From a virus (lineage: Duplodnaviria; Caudoviricetes), in the IMG/VR virus record IMGVR_UViG_2061766007_000047, positions 1-64,000 of that record: DNA of 64,000 nt; one strand, given 5' to 3'. The translations under genes and the position numbers were made by a program. The notes under the pieces were generated by a model. That model worked only from the letters and a program-made list of their open reading frames with translations. It did no database searches and had not been told where the DNA came from. Positions 1 to 11,071 of this stretch are shown here, in pieces (the first letter of the stretch is position 1; each line of letters begins with the position of its first letter).

Positions 1-150
1 AACAGTTCTAAAATTATCTAAATTAGTACCCGCCGCAATTGAAATGCCTTTTTCATTTGGGTTTTTTTCCTTCACATAATTTTTAATTGCGGTATTCAAT
101 TTTCCTTGGTATCTTTGCATGAACGATAAGTCTATTATTGACATAGCCAT
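1..150 (-). CDS. Tail fibre-like protein, N-terminal part (runs off the window)
   Basis: AAGGAGA RBS then ATG at 150; open frame MAMSIIDLSFMQRYQGKLN...GTNLDNFRTV to the edge; lies downstream of the tail genes. Confidence 0.5.
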   Translation of the reverse strand, partial: MAMSIIDLSFMQRYQGKLNTAIKNYVKEKNPNEKGISIAAGTNLDNFRTV

Positions 151-155
151 TCTCC

Positions 156-1847
156 TTATTCTACGGTGAACATATTCATTGCATTATCTTCGCTATAGCC
201 CGAAGAAGCTTGTGAGCCATCATACATATAAATTTTATTGTTAAATACAATAGCTTGTGAATCACCTAAATTATATGGAAGCCTGTTTTCTTCTGTCCAT
301 AATGTTCCATTCCAAGAATAATGTTTATAACAAGGAACACGACTCTGAATATTTCCACCAAGCATATGTATCTTGTTATTGTAAGTACAAAAAGCGGCTG
401 AACTAGATGAAGGAATATAAGGTAAAGTAGAAACTTCCGTCCAAGCTGTTCCATCCCATTTATAATGCTTTCCTGTTGAAGTATTAAAAATATGTATCGC
501 ATTATTAAATACGGTTATTCTATTATTCCTGCGTGTTAACAGGTCGAATGGAAGTGTAGAAACTTCCGTCCAAGCTGTTCCATCCCATTTATAATGCAAT
601 CGGTTAGGGGTTCTTCCACCTTTTACATTTATTCCACCAAGTAAATGAAGTTCGCCATTAAATTCAATAACAGCTATTCTACTTGCTTTATATGGCATAG
701 TAGAAACTTCAATCCATTGAGAACCATCCCATTTATAATGAGAATCAAAATGAGTTCCACCATTTGCACCTGTATAACCGCCCATGACATGAATCTCATT
801 ATTATATGATGTTACACCTGCATCATTAGAAAAATATGGGACAGGTGCAGATTCTATCATGTTTGTTCCATCGTAAACAGTGTGGTGTCTGCATTTATTT
901 TCATCTGTGTTTGAGAATGAACTACCCCCGATAATATGAAGTTTTCCACCAATAACAGCAGAACCCGCTGTAAAATAATACATCAGCATCATTGCTTGAA
1001 CACGAATACTGCTAGTTAAAGAACCTAAAGTAGCTGTAATAGTAGCAACACCATTCTTATTACGCGCTTTTACTATAGAAGTATCCAATGTCTTATTTCG
1101 GAATACTTTGATTACACTTTCATCACTTGATACAAGGTCATAATCTTTTCTATTTGAAGCATCACTTGGAACGGCTGTTAATGATAAATTACCTTGTTCA
1201 AGATAAGTTAATGTCATTTCACTAGGCAATAGAGTGATAGCAGTAGCCGAAGCTTCAACAGTACCATTAGAAGTTGCACTCTTATCGGGTTTCCCTTGTT
1301 GTTGTGCAGTTGCAGTAATAATAACAGTTCCACTAGCAAGAGCAGTTACAACTCCATTATTTACAGTAGCAACAGCGGTATTTGAACTACTCCACAATAC
1401 TGTATGTTGAGCATTACTAGGAACAACAGAGAATGTCAATGTGATTGTATCGCCCTCATTTAATGTAAATGAATTAGGTGTTAATGATACGCTTTCAATA
1501 ACAGGGTCAAAGTTATACCATCTTAAACAACAATTTTCTAATCGATTTAGTTCGTTGTAATCGATAAAAGGAGAATTATCGTAAAATACCTTCTTTTGTC
1601 CAATATTCGCGTCAGAACTAATGCGTTTAAATGATTCCAACGCATCTTCAAAAGCATTGAATTGTGAAGGTACATAATTGGTAATATAAGTAGCTTCATC
1701 ACCCAAATCCAAGTCTTTTGCAACATTAGGATATTTTTCATTAAGCATATTATTAAGATAAAGAAGATTATTTCTTATTCTGTTGTAGTCCGTATAAGTA
1801 AATTTATCTGATTTACTCCAATCGGTTTTTGGTGTTATCCATGCCAT
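156..1847 (-). CDS. Tail/receptor-binding protein: tail-anchoring N-terminus, two Ig-like (Big_2) domains, Kelch beta-propeller
   Basis: WSSSNTAVATVNNGVVTA Ig motif; repeated H(I/V/L/M)xGG...HYKWDGxxWxEVSTLPY Kelch units. Confidence 0.8.
   Translation of the reverse strand: MAWITPKTDWSKSDKFTYTDYNRIRNNLLYLNNMLNEKYPNVAKDLDLGDEATYITNYVPSQFNAFEDALESFKRISSDANIGQKKVFYDNSPFIDYNELNRLENCCLRWYNFDPVIESVSLTPNSFTLNEGDTITLTFSVVPSNAQHTVLWSSSNTAVATVNNGVVTALASGTVIITATAQQQGKPDKSATSNGTVEASATAITLLPSEMTLTYLEQGNLSLTAVPSDASNRKDYDLVSSDESVIKVFRNKTLDTSIVKARNKNGVATITATLGSLTSSIRVQAMMLMYYFTAGSAVIGGKLHIIGGSSFSNTDENKCRHHTVYDGTNMIESAPVPYFSNDAGVTSYNNEIHVMGGYTGANGGTHFDSHYKWDGSQWIEVSTMPYKASRIAVIEFNGELHLLGGINVKGGRTPNRLHYKWDGTAWTEVSTLPFDLLTRRNNRITVFNNAIHIFNTSTGKHYKWDGTAWTEVSTLPYIPSSSSAAFCTYNNKIHMLGGNIQSRVPCYKHYSWNGTLWTEENRLPYNLGDSQAIVFNNKIYMYDGSQASSGYSEDNAMNMFTVE
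427..597. repeat. 42-bp exact direct repeat (427-468 and 556-597) encoding Kelch blade HYKWDGTAWTEVST
   Basis: GTAGAAACTTCCGTCCAAGCTGTTCCATCCCATTTATAATGC occurs twice. Confidence 0.9.
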
Positions 1848-1851
1848 TTGT

Positions 1852-2010
1852 TTAATCCTCTAAGAAATCATCAAAAAGAGCATCACAATCCGCATCTGTT
1901 GCCATTTCTGTTGAATTGGTATCGAGAAGTTCAAGTTCATCCTCTATCCTGTTCATAAGTGCGGCTGTAAGCACTTCTCCATTCTGCCATGTGTGCTTTA
2001 CATAACTCAT
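1852..2010 (-). CDS. Small tail-associated protein (52 aa, not in ORF track)
   Basis: AAGGAGG RBS; MSYVKHTWQNGEVLTAALMNRIEDEL..., a motif common at tail-fibre N-termini. Confidence 0.7.
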   Translation of the reverse strand: MSYVKHTWQNGEVLTAALMNRIEDELELLDTNSTEMATDADCDALFDDFLED

Positions 2011-2021
2011 AGCGTTCCTCC

Positions 2022-4238
2022 TTAACTAATTGTTTCGTTTATTCTCACTCTTCCTACAATAGCCTTAGATAAGGTTGCATCTGTTTGATACCAAGTCCTT
2101 CTTCCAAGAAGACTACAAGCAAATTCCATACCTTGACTTGTAGTAATTGTTTCTTCTTCTATTCGAATTTCGTTATAGGCAACAAAATGATTTTCAAGAT
2201 AAATTAAATCATCTGCATCAAGAATAGGGTCGCCACGATAAACAAGATTATATTCTAAATCATCATCGTAATAATCTTTAAGCCATGCGCCTTGTGATTT
2301 CGCCATTTGTTGCGAACCGATAAGTGGATTTTGCGAATTTTTCTCAACGCCTTTCTCATGTATAGGAACGGTTAATATATTGTCGGTCACATTAAATGGT
2401 TTTGCATACACCTCAATTTCCTGTTCTGAATCAGATTCAACTACAAGATAATACGCTCCGCTTTCCTTGATAGTTCCTCCACTTATTTCATAATCATAAT
2501 AAGGTGAATCAAGAACGATAGTATTTTCTCCTACTGTTGCATCCACAGATGCAATACTAGCACCATACTCGTTCTCGCCTGTTTTTATTTCTGCTGTTTC
2601 ACCACCTTCTTCATTAGGAACATAATCTACATATACATAAGTGCCGTTGTTTGTTCCCTTTGTAGTATCTTCGTATGTATAAGAATAGATATGAACATTA
2701 AGATTAGATACCCTTTCTAAAGAAGTGGCAACAGGAGCGTGTTTTAATTCATGGTATGTCAACTCATAATCAATATATCCATTGAGTTGAATGTTATTCA
2801 GATGAATTCTTTGATTAGGCATTGCGCTATTAAAGATTATTTTAAGAGCATCAATAATTCCATCGTAGGTATAAACAGTTGATATTGCTAAATTTGTAAT
2901 GGTTTCGCTTGATACTTCTGTTCCTGCAAGATAAAGTTTTACGGTAACAGAAGTGGGAATAACAACAGCAAAATTCAAAAACAGTTGGCTGATATGATAT
3001 TCAGATTTAAAAGAAACATTTATGTTAGGGTTATTCGAAAATTGCCCGTTGCTATCTGCTAATTCAGATGAAACAAATCCAACATACATGAATGATTCTT
3101 CTTCGGGCAAAAATGTCAAAGAACCATCGGCTAAAGCGTAGTTATGTTCTGCATCAGCATAGTTGAATAAGGAATTGTCATCGAATATAGAAGCGGGAAT
3201 AGAATATGAAGTTGCTCCCGTAAACGACACATCGCCTACAAAACTAGGTCTACTTGCATTCTTTATGCAAATTATTCCATCTCTGTCCTCATAAAGAGTA
3301 CATTCACAAGCATTTGCAATCATTTGCAAAGCTTCACGATGGGTACAAACAGGGATTGGGTTAAATATCCGAACTCTTGCTAAAGAAGGGTCTAAATCAA
3401 AATTAGTAACTCCTGCATCTGCAAAGACATTTTGCGCCAATACTGTAGCTGAAATACCCTGTGGATAATACTGCCCTTTATAATACTGTCCATCTAAATA
3501 ATCCAAATATCCCGTACAAGAAAACTTCGCTTGATAGTCGTCACTAGACCAAGACTTTAAGAGCAATTTGCCACCCTTAATCTTATAAATTGAACCATCT
3601 GACATATCGCGCCCATATTCATAAGTAATTTCCTGTTTTTCTTGGATATAATCCGCATAACCATAAGGATTATCCTTATTGAACATATGAAGTCTGTTAT
3701 CAATAGCAAAATCAAATTTTTTTACAGGAAGTTCATTTGAAATATGGTCTACAACATTACTTCTTTGGGTACTCATAATTTGTGTATTTGAGAATTGTAA
3801 TCCAATCCCAAATAAGATTGACTTTAAGCTTAATTTCCCGCTGTCGGGAGTTATTTTAAGGTAATGACAATTAGTATATCCGTCATCAATTCTAAACTCG
3901 CCATCTTCGCCAATGGTATAAGTTTCTGTCTTTGTCCCATTGGTTACAGTAATGCTGTTAGGTGTTGTCAAACCGAATTGAATGGTTAATCCTGCAATGT
4001 TATTCTCATAACCATCAAATTCAAATTGTATATGTCCATCGTTTTCAGATGAAGTAACGACATAAGGTGAATTTGAACCATCATAAAGATGTTCTTCATT
4101 TCCACTAAAAGAAGAAGTGATATGCGCATTTCTTTGAGCATCGTTGTTAATTAAGCCAATATAAACCCATATATAAGATGCTCCACGAAGGGGCAACCTC
4201 ATTTCCTGCCTGTATTGTTCGGTAGTGTATTGCATCAC
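2022..4238 (-). CDS. Baseplate/tail protein
   Basis: 738 aa, beta-rich; HREALQMIANACECTLYEDRDGII and YRGDPILDADD motifs typical of siphovirus tail-hub proteins; follows the Dit-like gene. Confidence 0.7.
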   Translation of the reverse strand: MMQYTTEQYRQEMRLPLRGASYIWVYIGLINNDAQRNAHITSSFSGNEEHLYDGSNSPYVVTSSENDGHIQFEFDGYENNIAGLTIQFGLTTPNSITVTNGTKTETYTIGEDGEFRIDDGYTNCHYLKITPDSGKLSLKSILFGIGLQFSNTQIMSTQRSNVVDHISNELPVKKFDFAIDNRLHMFNKDNPYGYADYIQEKQEITYEYGRDMSDGSIYKIKGGKLLLKSWSSDDYQAKFSCTGYLDYLDGQYYKGQYYPQGISATVLAQNVFADAGVTNFDLDPSLARVRIFNPIPVCTHREALQMIANACECTLYEDRDGIICIKNASRPSFVGDVSFTGATSYSIPASIFDDNSLFNYADAEHNYALADGSLTFLPEEESFMYVGFVSSELADSNGQFSNNPNINVSFKSEYHISQLFLNFAVVIPTSVTVKLYLAGTEVSSETITNLAISTVYTYDGIIDALKIIFNSAMPNQRIHLNNIQLNGYIDYELTYHELKHAPVATSLERVSNLNVHIYSYTYEDTTKGTNNGTYVYVDYVPNEEGGETAEIKTGENEYGASIASVDATVGENTIVLDSPYYDYEISGGTIKESGAYYLVVESDSEQEIEVYAKPFNVTDNILTVPIHEKGVEKNSQNPLIGSQQMAKSQGAWLKDYYDDDLEYNLVYRGDPILDADDLIYLENHFVAYNEIRIEEETITTSQGMEFACSLLGRRTWYQTDATLSKAIVGRVRINETIS

Positions 4239-4247
4239 ACACCCCCA

Positions 4248-4640
4248 TTATCTATCGTTAGTTTCGCTAGTAAGACCAACATCAATTAGGTTCATTTTGC
4301 ATGACCTATAAAACGTAAAATCACCGTTTGAATTGATGTAGTAAGGCTCACAACTTCTGTCACCGCAATACATGGTCTTAGTAACAAACCCACCATTAAG
4401 AGCATCGGGAAAAGTAACAGAAAATTTAAAGCCCTTTACAAGTTGAAGAATGGATTGCCATTGTGCTTTTGTAAGCCAAACCCATTCTATATTGTCCAAC
4501 TTATAAATATCTCTTCCTATTCTCTCTCCAACCATTTCACCAAGCGCATTACGTCCATCTTCTACGTTGGTTGAAATAACCTCTGTAAGACCTCTTTTGG
4601 GAACAGGAAGACTTGTTCCATTGATTGCTATAAGTGGCAT
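4248..4640 (-). CDS. Distal tail protein (DUF6711-like)
   Basis: INGTSLPVP...GRNALGEMVGERIGRD...MYCGDRS; start moved to MPLIAING behind AAGGAGGG. Confidence 0.7.
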   Translation of the reverse strand: MPLIAINGTSLPVPKRGLTEVISTNVEDGRNALGEMVGERIGRDIYKLDNIEWVWLTKAQWQSILQLVKGFKFSVTFPDALNGGFVTKTMYCGDRSCEPYYINSNGDFTFYRSCKMNLIDVGLTSETNDR

Positions 4641-4660
4641 AATTCCCTCCTTAAACAAAG

Positions 4661-4705
4661 AAAAAGCCGACTAACTTTTGATAGTTAATCGGCTCACAGG
4701 CTCTC
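4661..4705 (-). terminator. GAGCC-N-GAGCC leader/terminator hairpin, copy A
   Basis: Minus strand GAGAGCCTGTGAGCCGATTAAC..GTTAGTCGGCTTTTT; related copies at 7561, 29509, 31691, 43358. Confidence 0.75.
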
Positions 4706-4710
4706 CCTTA

Positions 4711-4728
4711 ATTGTAACAGGGTTTACC
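4711..4728 (-). promoter_or_regulatory. GGTAAACC-N4-TACAAT putative phage promoter
   Basis: Same motif and spacing at 5 intergenic sites. Confidence 0.65.
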
Positions 4729-6636
4729 TCATTGTTCTATAACTGTTAGGAATTTCTTGACATTCTGCAAATAGTATGCTCTGTCAGCATTCATCATCAG
4801 TTCATCATCGGGATACATCTGTATTTTAAGTGATATATCAAAGTATTTGACATTTATATGAACCTTGACTTTAGGAATGATATTAGGAACATAATCCCCA
4901 AGTGGCTTTGTATTGCCTAAAACAGCCCTCCACAGCTTGATAATAGAATTGTTATCATAGTTGTATTTAAACTTGCCTTTCAGCCTGTTTTCGTAGATTT
5001 CATCAACAGGGTAATCTTTATCCATCTCCAATGGTAAAACATGAGCATTCACGCCATCTTTAACCCCAAGTTCGGGTAATACAGGTAAATCTGTACAGAT
5101 TACGGGTATCCCGCAAGATAGGCTCTCAACAATGGAGTAACAGAACGACTCTGTTGAACTAAGTTGCACTAAATAATCTGACCTAACAATGAAATCACAT
5201 ACATCAAGCGTAGGTGGCATACAAATCATATTCTTAGGTGCATCAGACAGTTCTACATTAGAAAAATAAAGCCAAACAAAAGGGATTCCCCTAGAGTTCA
5301 TTTGTCTAGCCAATTTTATCATTCTCTTCTGCCCTTTATCATTTGTATCAAGTCTTGTCGCTGATATAAGAAGCAAGGCTTTCTTTGGATTTAATTTGAC
5401 AAAAGGATTATTGATTACGATGCTATTTTTGGTTTCTTCACCAAAACTCTCTTTCGATGCTTGTGAAACACAAACAATCTCGTCCTTATCCTGCGGTATT
5501 GTCCACCCATTAAAATGATTACAGGTATGGCACATCTGAATTGCTTTTTTGTATTTGATATTAGCAGGAATTTTATCGGTAAGTCTATTTATGATAACTG
5601 TGTCACAAATTACTATATCTTCAATACTGTTCTTTTTTACTCTGACATAAGGCTCTAATCTCTCAATCTGATTAGTAGCCATCTCATTATACAGAACGGT
5701 GATATCGTAGTAATCCTTTAGGCTCATGCAGAAATTATAAATAAACGACTCGATTCCACCAATATCAAAAGCCTTGTTTGTCCAAATAACTACCTGTGTC
5801 CGTGTTGCCTGTTTAATTAAGGTGAATTTATTATATGGTTCTCCCCTAAGTTCCATTCCTCTGATAGAACAAGGCTTACGCACCCTACAATGCCTTTCAA
5901 GTTCGGGCAAATCGTTCTGATTAGTCAGTACCCAAACCTCATTAAATTCATCCTCTTTAGCAATCTCGTCAATGAGATAGGTCATATCAGAAGTAATATG
6001 GTTAAAATAGTAAACAATCCTTTTTGTTGGCATTTCACCATTTTCAAACTGCTTTGATTTTGAATTTTCTACTCCCGTTCTGTAATGATACAGATAATCC
6101 GTAATCACAGCTTTCTTTTTATCTTTAAGCGTGAAATAGAGTTTACGTTTAAATTCTTCATCTTCCGTAGAATGCTTATGTTCATTAAATCTCAAATCTC
6201 CAATACAGGTTCTCTTAAATACTCTTGTACAAGCACTAGGATTAGGTAAGCTATCCTCAATGCTATTAAGCTTTTGACTCCATTGTGTGCCACCCGCAAG
6301 AGAGTTCCACGACATTTCAAGATAATCAAAATGTTCGTTATCAATCTTATCAAGTATCTGCTTTACATAATCCTTTGCAACTAAATCATCAGCATCAATA
6401 AAAGAAATATATTCCCCTTTGCTCATGTCGATACCTGTGTTTCTTGCGGAAGATACCCCACCATTTTCTTTACGGATAACCTTTACCCACTTATATGAGG
6501 TGGAATAAGGTTCTCTTGAACCATCGTCAACAACAATAACCTCTACGTCTTTTGTGACCTGTGATTTAAGGCAATCCAACAATTCATCAGTATATGGTTT
6601 TAAGTTGTAGTAAGGTATAATAATAGATAACTTCAT
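4729..6636 (-). CDS. Two-domain glycosyltransferase (GT2 + GT-B/GT4-like)
   Basis: LSIIIPYYN, VVDDGS, GGVSSARNTG, FIDADD; C-terminal GGIESFIYN...ESFCYSIVESL. Confidence 0.85.
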   Translation of the reverse strand: MKLSIIIPYYNLKPYTDELLDCLKSQVTKDVEVIVVDDGSREPYSTSYKWVKVIRKENGGVSSARNTGIDMSKGEYISFIDADDLVAKDYVKQILDKIDNEHFDYLEMSWNSLAGGTQWSQKLNSIEDSLPNPSACTRVFKRTCIGDLRFNEHKHSTEDEEFKRKLYFTLKDKKKAVITDYLYHYRTGVENSKSKQFENGEMPTKRIVYYFNHITSDMTYLIDEIAKEDEFNEVWVLTNQNDLPELERHCRVRKPCSIRGMELRGEPYNKFTLIKQATRTQVVIWTNKAFDIGGIESFIYNFCMSLKDYYDITVLYNEMATNQIERLEPYVRVKKNSIEDIVICDTVIINRLTDKIPANIKYKKAIQMCHTCNHFNGWTIPQDKDEIVCVSQASKESFGEETKNSIVINNPFVKLNPKKALLLISATRLDTNDKGQKRMIKLARQMNSRGIPFVWLYFSNVELSDAPKNMICMPPTLDVCDFIVRSDYLVQLSSTESFCYSIVESLSCGIPVICTDLPVLPELGVKDGVNAHVLPLEMDKDYPVDEIYENRLKGKFKYNYDNNSIIKLWRAVLGNTKPLGDYVPNIIPKVKVHINVKYFDISLKIQMYPDDELMMNADRAYYLQNVKKFLTVIEQ

Positions 6637-6654
6637 ATAATTTCCCCCAAACTC

Positions 6655-7524
6655 TTATAAAATAGAACGCCATTGTTCTTTTCTTCTATCGTTATCATAG
6701 CTGAATTTAAACTTCGGAATATCAAGCAAAACATTTACATCAAAATCCATATCAAAAGGTACTACATGAGCATTAACACCATCTCTCACGCCTATCTCAT
6801 AAAAAGAAGGAACTCCTGTACATATCAACGGAACATTCAATGTCAATGCTTCTAAAACAGTATTTCCAAAACTCTCTACAGTAGATAACTGCACTACATA
6901 ATCCGCTTTTTGCATATAGTTTTGAATATCCATTTTAAATCCCATATTATAGAAATTTTGTGGCATATTCTTTAATTCCCCATCCGAGAAATTAAGCCAA
7001 AGATAAGGTATATGGGCTTCCTCTAACTTATTAGCTAAAATCCTCATTCTGTATTCATTATCACCTTTATCGGGGGCGGGTATTCTTGTCGCAGAAACTA
7101 GCAGTAGAGTCTTTTGGACATTTTTATAGATTAGATTATTGATTACGACAGAATCAGAAAGCTTGAAATCATTTTTAACTGCATTGGAAACACATACAGT
7201 AACATCACCATCACTAGGAATATGGTTTGCGCCAAACGCTTTACAAGTATGTATACGCCTAATTAACTTCTTATAAGAAACCATAAGTGGAAGTGCATCG
7301 GATATTCGAAGCATTATTAAAGTGTCACACTCTAATTTTTCCTGCAATTCACCTACAATAACAGTAGCAAATTGTCTTATCCTTTCAGCTTGAATATTAG
7401 ACATATTTCCTGCTAAAACAGTAATATCATATTCCTCATGCATATTTGCACAAAAATTATAAATAAATGTTCCCAAGCCACCAATGACATTTATTTTATT
7501 GATATAAAGGACAATTTTTTTCAT
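6655..7524 (-). CDS. Glycosyltransferase (GT-B/GT4-like), paralogue of the C-terminal half of 4729-6636
   Basis: IGGLGTFIYNFC...ADYVVQLSTVESFGNTVLEAL. Confidence 0.8.
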   Translation of the reverse strand: MKKIVLYINKINVIGGLGTFIYNFCANMHEEYDITVLAGNMSNIQAERIRQFATVIVGELQEKLECDTLIMLRISDALPLMVSYKKLIRRIHTCKAFGANHIPSDGDVTVCVSNAVKNDFKLSDSVVINNLIYKNVQKTLLLVSATRIPAPDKGDNEYRMRILANKLEEAHIPYLWLNFSDGELKNMPQNFYNMGFKMDIQNYMQKADYVVQLSTVESFGNTVLEALTLNVPLICTGVPSFYEIGVRDGVNAHVVPFDMDFDVNVLLDIPKFKFSYDNDRRKEQWRSIL

Positions 7525-7530
7525 AATAAT

Positions 7531-7548
7531 ATTTTCCCAAGGTTTACC
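7531..7548 (-). promoter_or_regulatory. GGTAAACC-N4-GAAAAT motif directly upstream of the GT pair
   Basis: Copy of the repeated motif with an imperfect -10. Confidence 0.5.
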
Positions 7549-7560
7549 AAATTGAACAAT

Positions 7561-7602
7561 AAAATAGAACCGAAAATCCTAAGAAATTCGGCTCTATGGC
7601 TC
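7561..7602 (-). terminator. GAGCC-N-GAGCC hairpin, divergent copy B
   Basis: GAGCCATAGAGCCGAA..TTCGGTTCTATTTT. Confidence 0.6.
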
Positions 7603-7776
7603 ACTTCGATATTATTTCCCCACGCCTTAAATATGATGAAACACTAAGGCTCTTTTTGCACTTATTACAGGTTAAATAAGCACCATCCCATGAAAGAATC
7701 ATGGTCTTTTTATTGACCTCAATCGGTTCTCCGCAAGACAAACATTTTACTATCATTCCATCAACCAAAGCATCCA

Positions 7777-8238
7777 TCAGTGTTTCTCCGCGACAAGCTG
7801 AATGCCTGTCATTTCCTCAAATTCTTTAGCAACATCATCTACAGTAAATCCCAAATCGTTATATTCGTTCATAATGGAAGTCATATTGTCAAAAAATGTT
7901 TCTATCTGTCCTTCTTCACCTTCATTAGTCCATCCATAATGTTTCAAAAGTGTCATTCCTGCCATTGAATAAAGCCAAACCAAATCTTCTTCGGCTTTCG
8001 CTACAAGCTGTTTATTGGCTCTTTCAGTAGCTTTTGCATGAGCATATTTTGATATGTTTTGTGTCTTATTTAAGGCTCTTTCTACTCTCCTACGGGTGCT
8101 TCTATTCCCCGAACTGTTTACCATGGCTGTCACTTCACTTACAGCGTCAACTTCTTTAAAATCATCAAGAAATGACTTCTGATTCAGAACATTAAGTGTT
8201 TGATATTTTCCCATTGTACTATTCCCTTCCTGCCGCAT
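7777..8238 (-). CDS. Hypothetical phage protein
   Basis: 153-aa ORF in operon context. Confidence 0.6.
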   Translation of the reverse strand: MRQEGNSTMGKYQTLNVLNQKSFLDDFKEVDAVSEVTAMVNSSGNRSTRRRVERALNKTQNISKYAHAKATERANKQLVAKAEEDLVWLYSMAGMTLLKHYGWTNEGEEGQIETFFDNMTSIMNEYNDLGFTVDDVAKEFEEMTGIQLVAEKH

Positions 8239-8242
8239 TGTG

Positions 8243-8593
8243 TTAATTAAAATCTTTTAATACCTCAAATATTTCTCTATATTTCCTTTGAAGGTCATAA
8301 GTATAAGAATAAACCTTTCCATCTTCCTCGTAACAAGTAGCTTTGACTATTTGTTTTATTTTATCCAATTTTGCCTTTGTATTCTTATAATCCTTAAGCC
8401 ATTCAGCAAGTTGTTGATGTTCTTCGGCACACTTTTGACACTCAATTTTAGATAATTCACATAATCTCGCTTCTGTATTATGTTTTATACGTCGTTTAAA
8501 TGTTTCTGCCTGTTCGAAAGCCAAAGAACTAGCTTTTTGTTCCTCTGCCACTTCTTTTGCGTGTTTTATAGCTTCATCAATCGACATTGCCAT
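8243..8593 (-). CDS. Hypothetical early protein (MSIDEAIKHA...CAEEHQQLAEWL family)
   Basis: Motif common in Firmicute phage early regions. Confidence 0.65.
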   Translation of the reverse strand: MAMSIDEAIKHAKEVAEEQKASSLAFEQAETFKRRIKHNTEARLCELSKIECQKCAEEHQQLAEWLKDYKNTKAKLDKIKQIVKATCYEEDGKVYSYTYDLQRKYREIFEVLKDFN

Positions 8594-10257
8594 TTTCTAT
8601 CACCGCCCTTAATGAATTTTCTAACGCTTCACCGCTTTGATGATAATAAATATCTTCTATCTTCTGATACTTGCGCATGGTTTCTATTGCCATATCATAA
8701 GCATCTTTGTATTTTCCACATGGAATAGAATATGTTGTGAGTTGTTTTATAGCCTTATCAATCGTCATTCCCATTTTCCATGCTCCTTTGTGGCTTCCAC
8801 TTATCATTCCAAGAACAGCATCCACCACATTCATCATCCATCATTGTGATATCATATCCATGCCTATACCACTCTCCGTATTCACAAGTATCACAAGTAT
8901 GTTTATCAATCGTCATTTCCATTTTCTACTACCTCACATTCTGCGTACTGCCAAAAATCCTCTCGTTTATCAGCCCCGTGAATACATTTATTGCATGGGT
9001 AAAAATCCTCGTTTAAATCTCCCCATTTGCACCTTCCGCAAGAGTGGTATCTTTCATCTGCTATAATTTCTTCTCTAGTCATTCCCATCTTCTACCTCTC
9101 ACTGATAGCTGAAACAATAGTGCTATCATCATTCTCACACTCATGCAAAAGTGTAATGATTGCCTTTGCTACTTTTTCGGGTACATTGTAAAATTCATAG
9201 TCGTTAATACCTTCGGTTATGTTAATTGTTATTCCCATCTTCTTTACCTTTCAATACCATACTACCCAACATTCTTTTCTTGGATACTCCCATGACATAT
9301 GCATAATTTGTCCGTGTACTTTATCGCTAAATTGACTTGCTTTATCATAATCAGAGAATTGTTTATATCGCATCTTTATTCTCCTTTAAAGCATTGATTT
9401 TCCGATTAAAGAAATTGCTAAAAATATTATTGCTACTATTCCCATTATCTTCACCGCCTTACTTTCAGTTGTGGCAATAAGTAAAGCATCTATCACTATC
9501 AATCCTATTTGCAATATTGTTTCCATCATGTCTGCTCCTGTATATTTTTCAGATTTATTCTCTTTTTATTCTGCCAATAAATATCACCTAAGCGTTTATG
9601 AGCATAGGCAAACATTGTCAGCAATTCTTCATGGTCATCTGTTACCATCATTCTGTTTATATTGCCCTGTAACATATCACATTCAATCATTAAGTCCTTG
9701 CGTTCTTTGTCTATATCAACTTGCAACTGCTTCAACTTTTCAATTGGTCTTTCCATAATTAAATGTAAACTCCTTCCCACGCCAACGATTGCAAAAGTCC
9801 TGTTCTTTTACATTCTCTTTTTGTAATCTGCAATAGCCATTATTGTAATATTCGCACCCATGGCAACATACTTGTGTATCAGTTGGTAGACCCATCTTTT
9901 ATTCCTCGTCTAAGAACTTCCAAAATTTATAATCTTGTTTCTTACCCTTTACCACATTATAAATGGCTGAAAGTTTCAAACTTTCGTTAAGATGTTCAAA
10001 GGGAAGATTTGTGTCAATTATTTTCCTAATCTTTTTGATTTTTTCTTCTGCACTTATTCCCATCTTTTTTCTTTGCCTTTCAATATACGCCTAATCTCAA
10101 CTATTCTTGTTTCATAAACTTCACCATATTTGTGCCACTCAACCTCTACTAAATCACCAACATCTGCCATGTGATTTATTTTTTCTTCAAGCTGATATAA
10201 CCTCTTTTCAAGTTTCTCTATCTTGTTCTCCATATACTGAATTGTCATTACTTATCC

Positions 10258-10605
10258 TCACTTTATGCCAACAAAAATACTTGCCGTGATTGTTGGTGTC
10301 ATACATTCAACATCAACCTCATAAGTTATGTTATCTTTGATACCCTCAAATAAATCTTTTGCTACTGCCTTTTTTGTATGTTCAATAATTCCATCAACAT
10401 CTGCCATATAAACAGGAATCATTCTTTTTGCCTTAAACTCTTGGAACGGCATTGTTGTATGTTGGACATTAAGTGGCTTGTTATACAAATCATATAATTC
10501 CTGCATAGTAGGACTATCCGCAATAATTCTATGCATCAAATCGTTATCAGATTCAAGGCGGTTTATCCGCTTTTTCAGACATTTCTTCATCTGCCTTGCG
10601 TTCAT
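10258..10605 (-). CDS. Hypothetical protein
   Basis: 115-aa ORF overlapping its neighbours in the small-gene cluster. Confidence 0.55.
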   Translation of the reverse strand: MNARQMKKCLKKRINRLESDNDLMHRIIADSPTMQELYDLYNKPLNVQHTTMPFQEFKAKRMIPVYMADVDGIIEHTKKAVAKDLFEGIKDNITYEVDVECMTPTITASIFVGIK

Positions 10606-11071
10606 CCCTTATCCTCACCTTCTGTTTTTTCTTTACTCCAATGCTTACAAGAATGTGTCATTACTGTGACATAAGATAGCCAACTATCATCAATATCGCA
10701 ATGGCACTGTATGTTTGTTATTTCGCCTGTTCTTATATTGTGCCTACAATTACAGCAAACTTTTCCATTTTCTTCACTCATGGGTTCTCCGTTTCTGCCT
10801 TTATATCTCCCCAAAAATTAGTTAGTGTTTCAAGCATATCCCTTGCTAATGGATTATTGTTTGGTGAATAATCCCAAAATTCCAAAGAGTCTGCTATCTC
10901 AGATTTCATCTTGTTTATCTTGTCTATAACAAGGTCTTGCTCTAGGGCTTCAATGGCATAGTCAATTAAAGTAATTGGCAATGATTTATGTCCTTCAAGT
11001 TCTATAGGATTTTCTACCAAGTATTTTTTTAAGCTATACAAGCCTTTTATCTTTTCTTCTCTTGTCATTCC

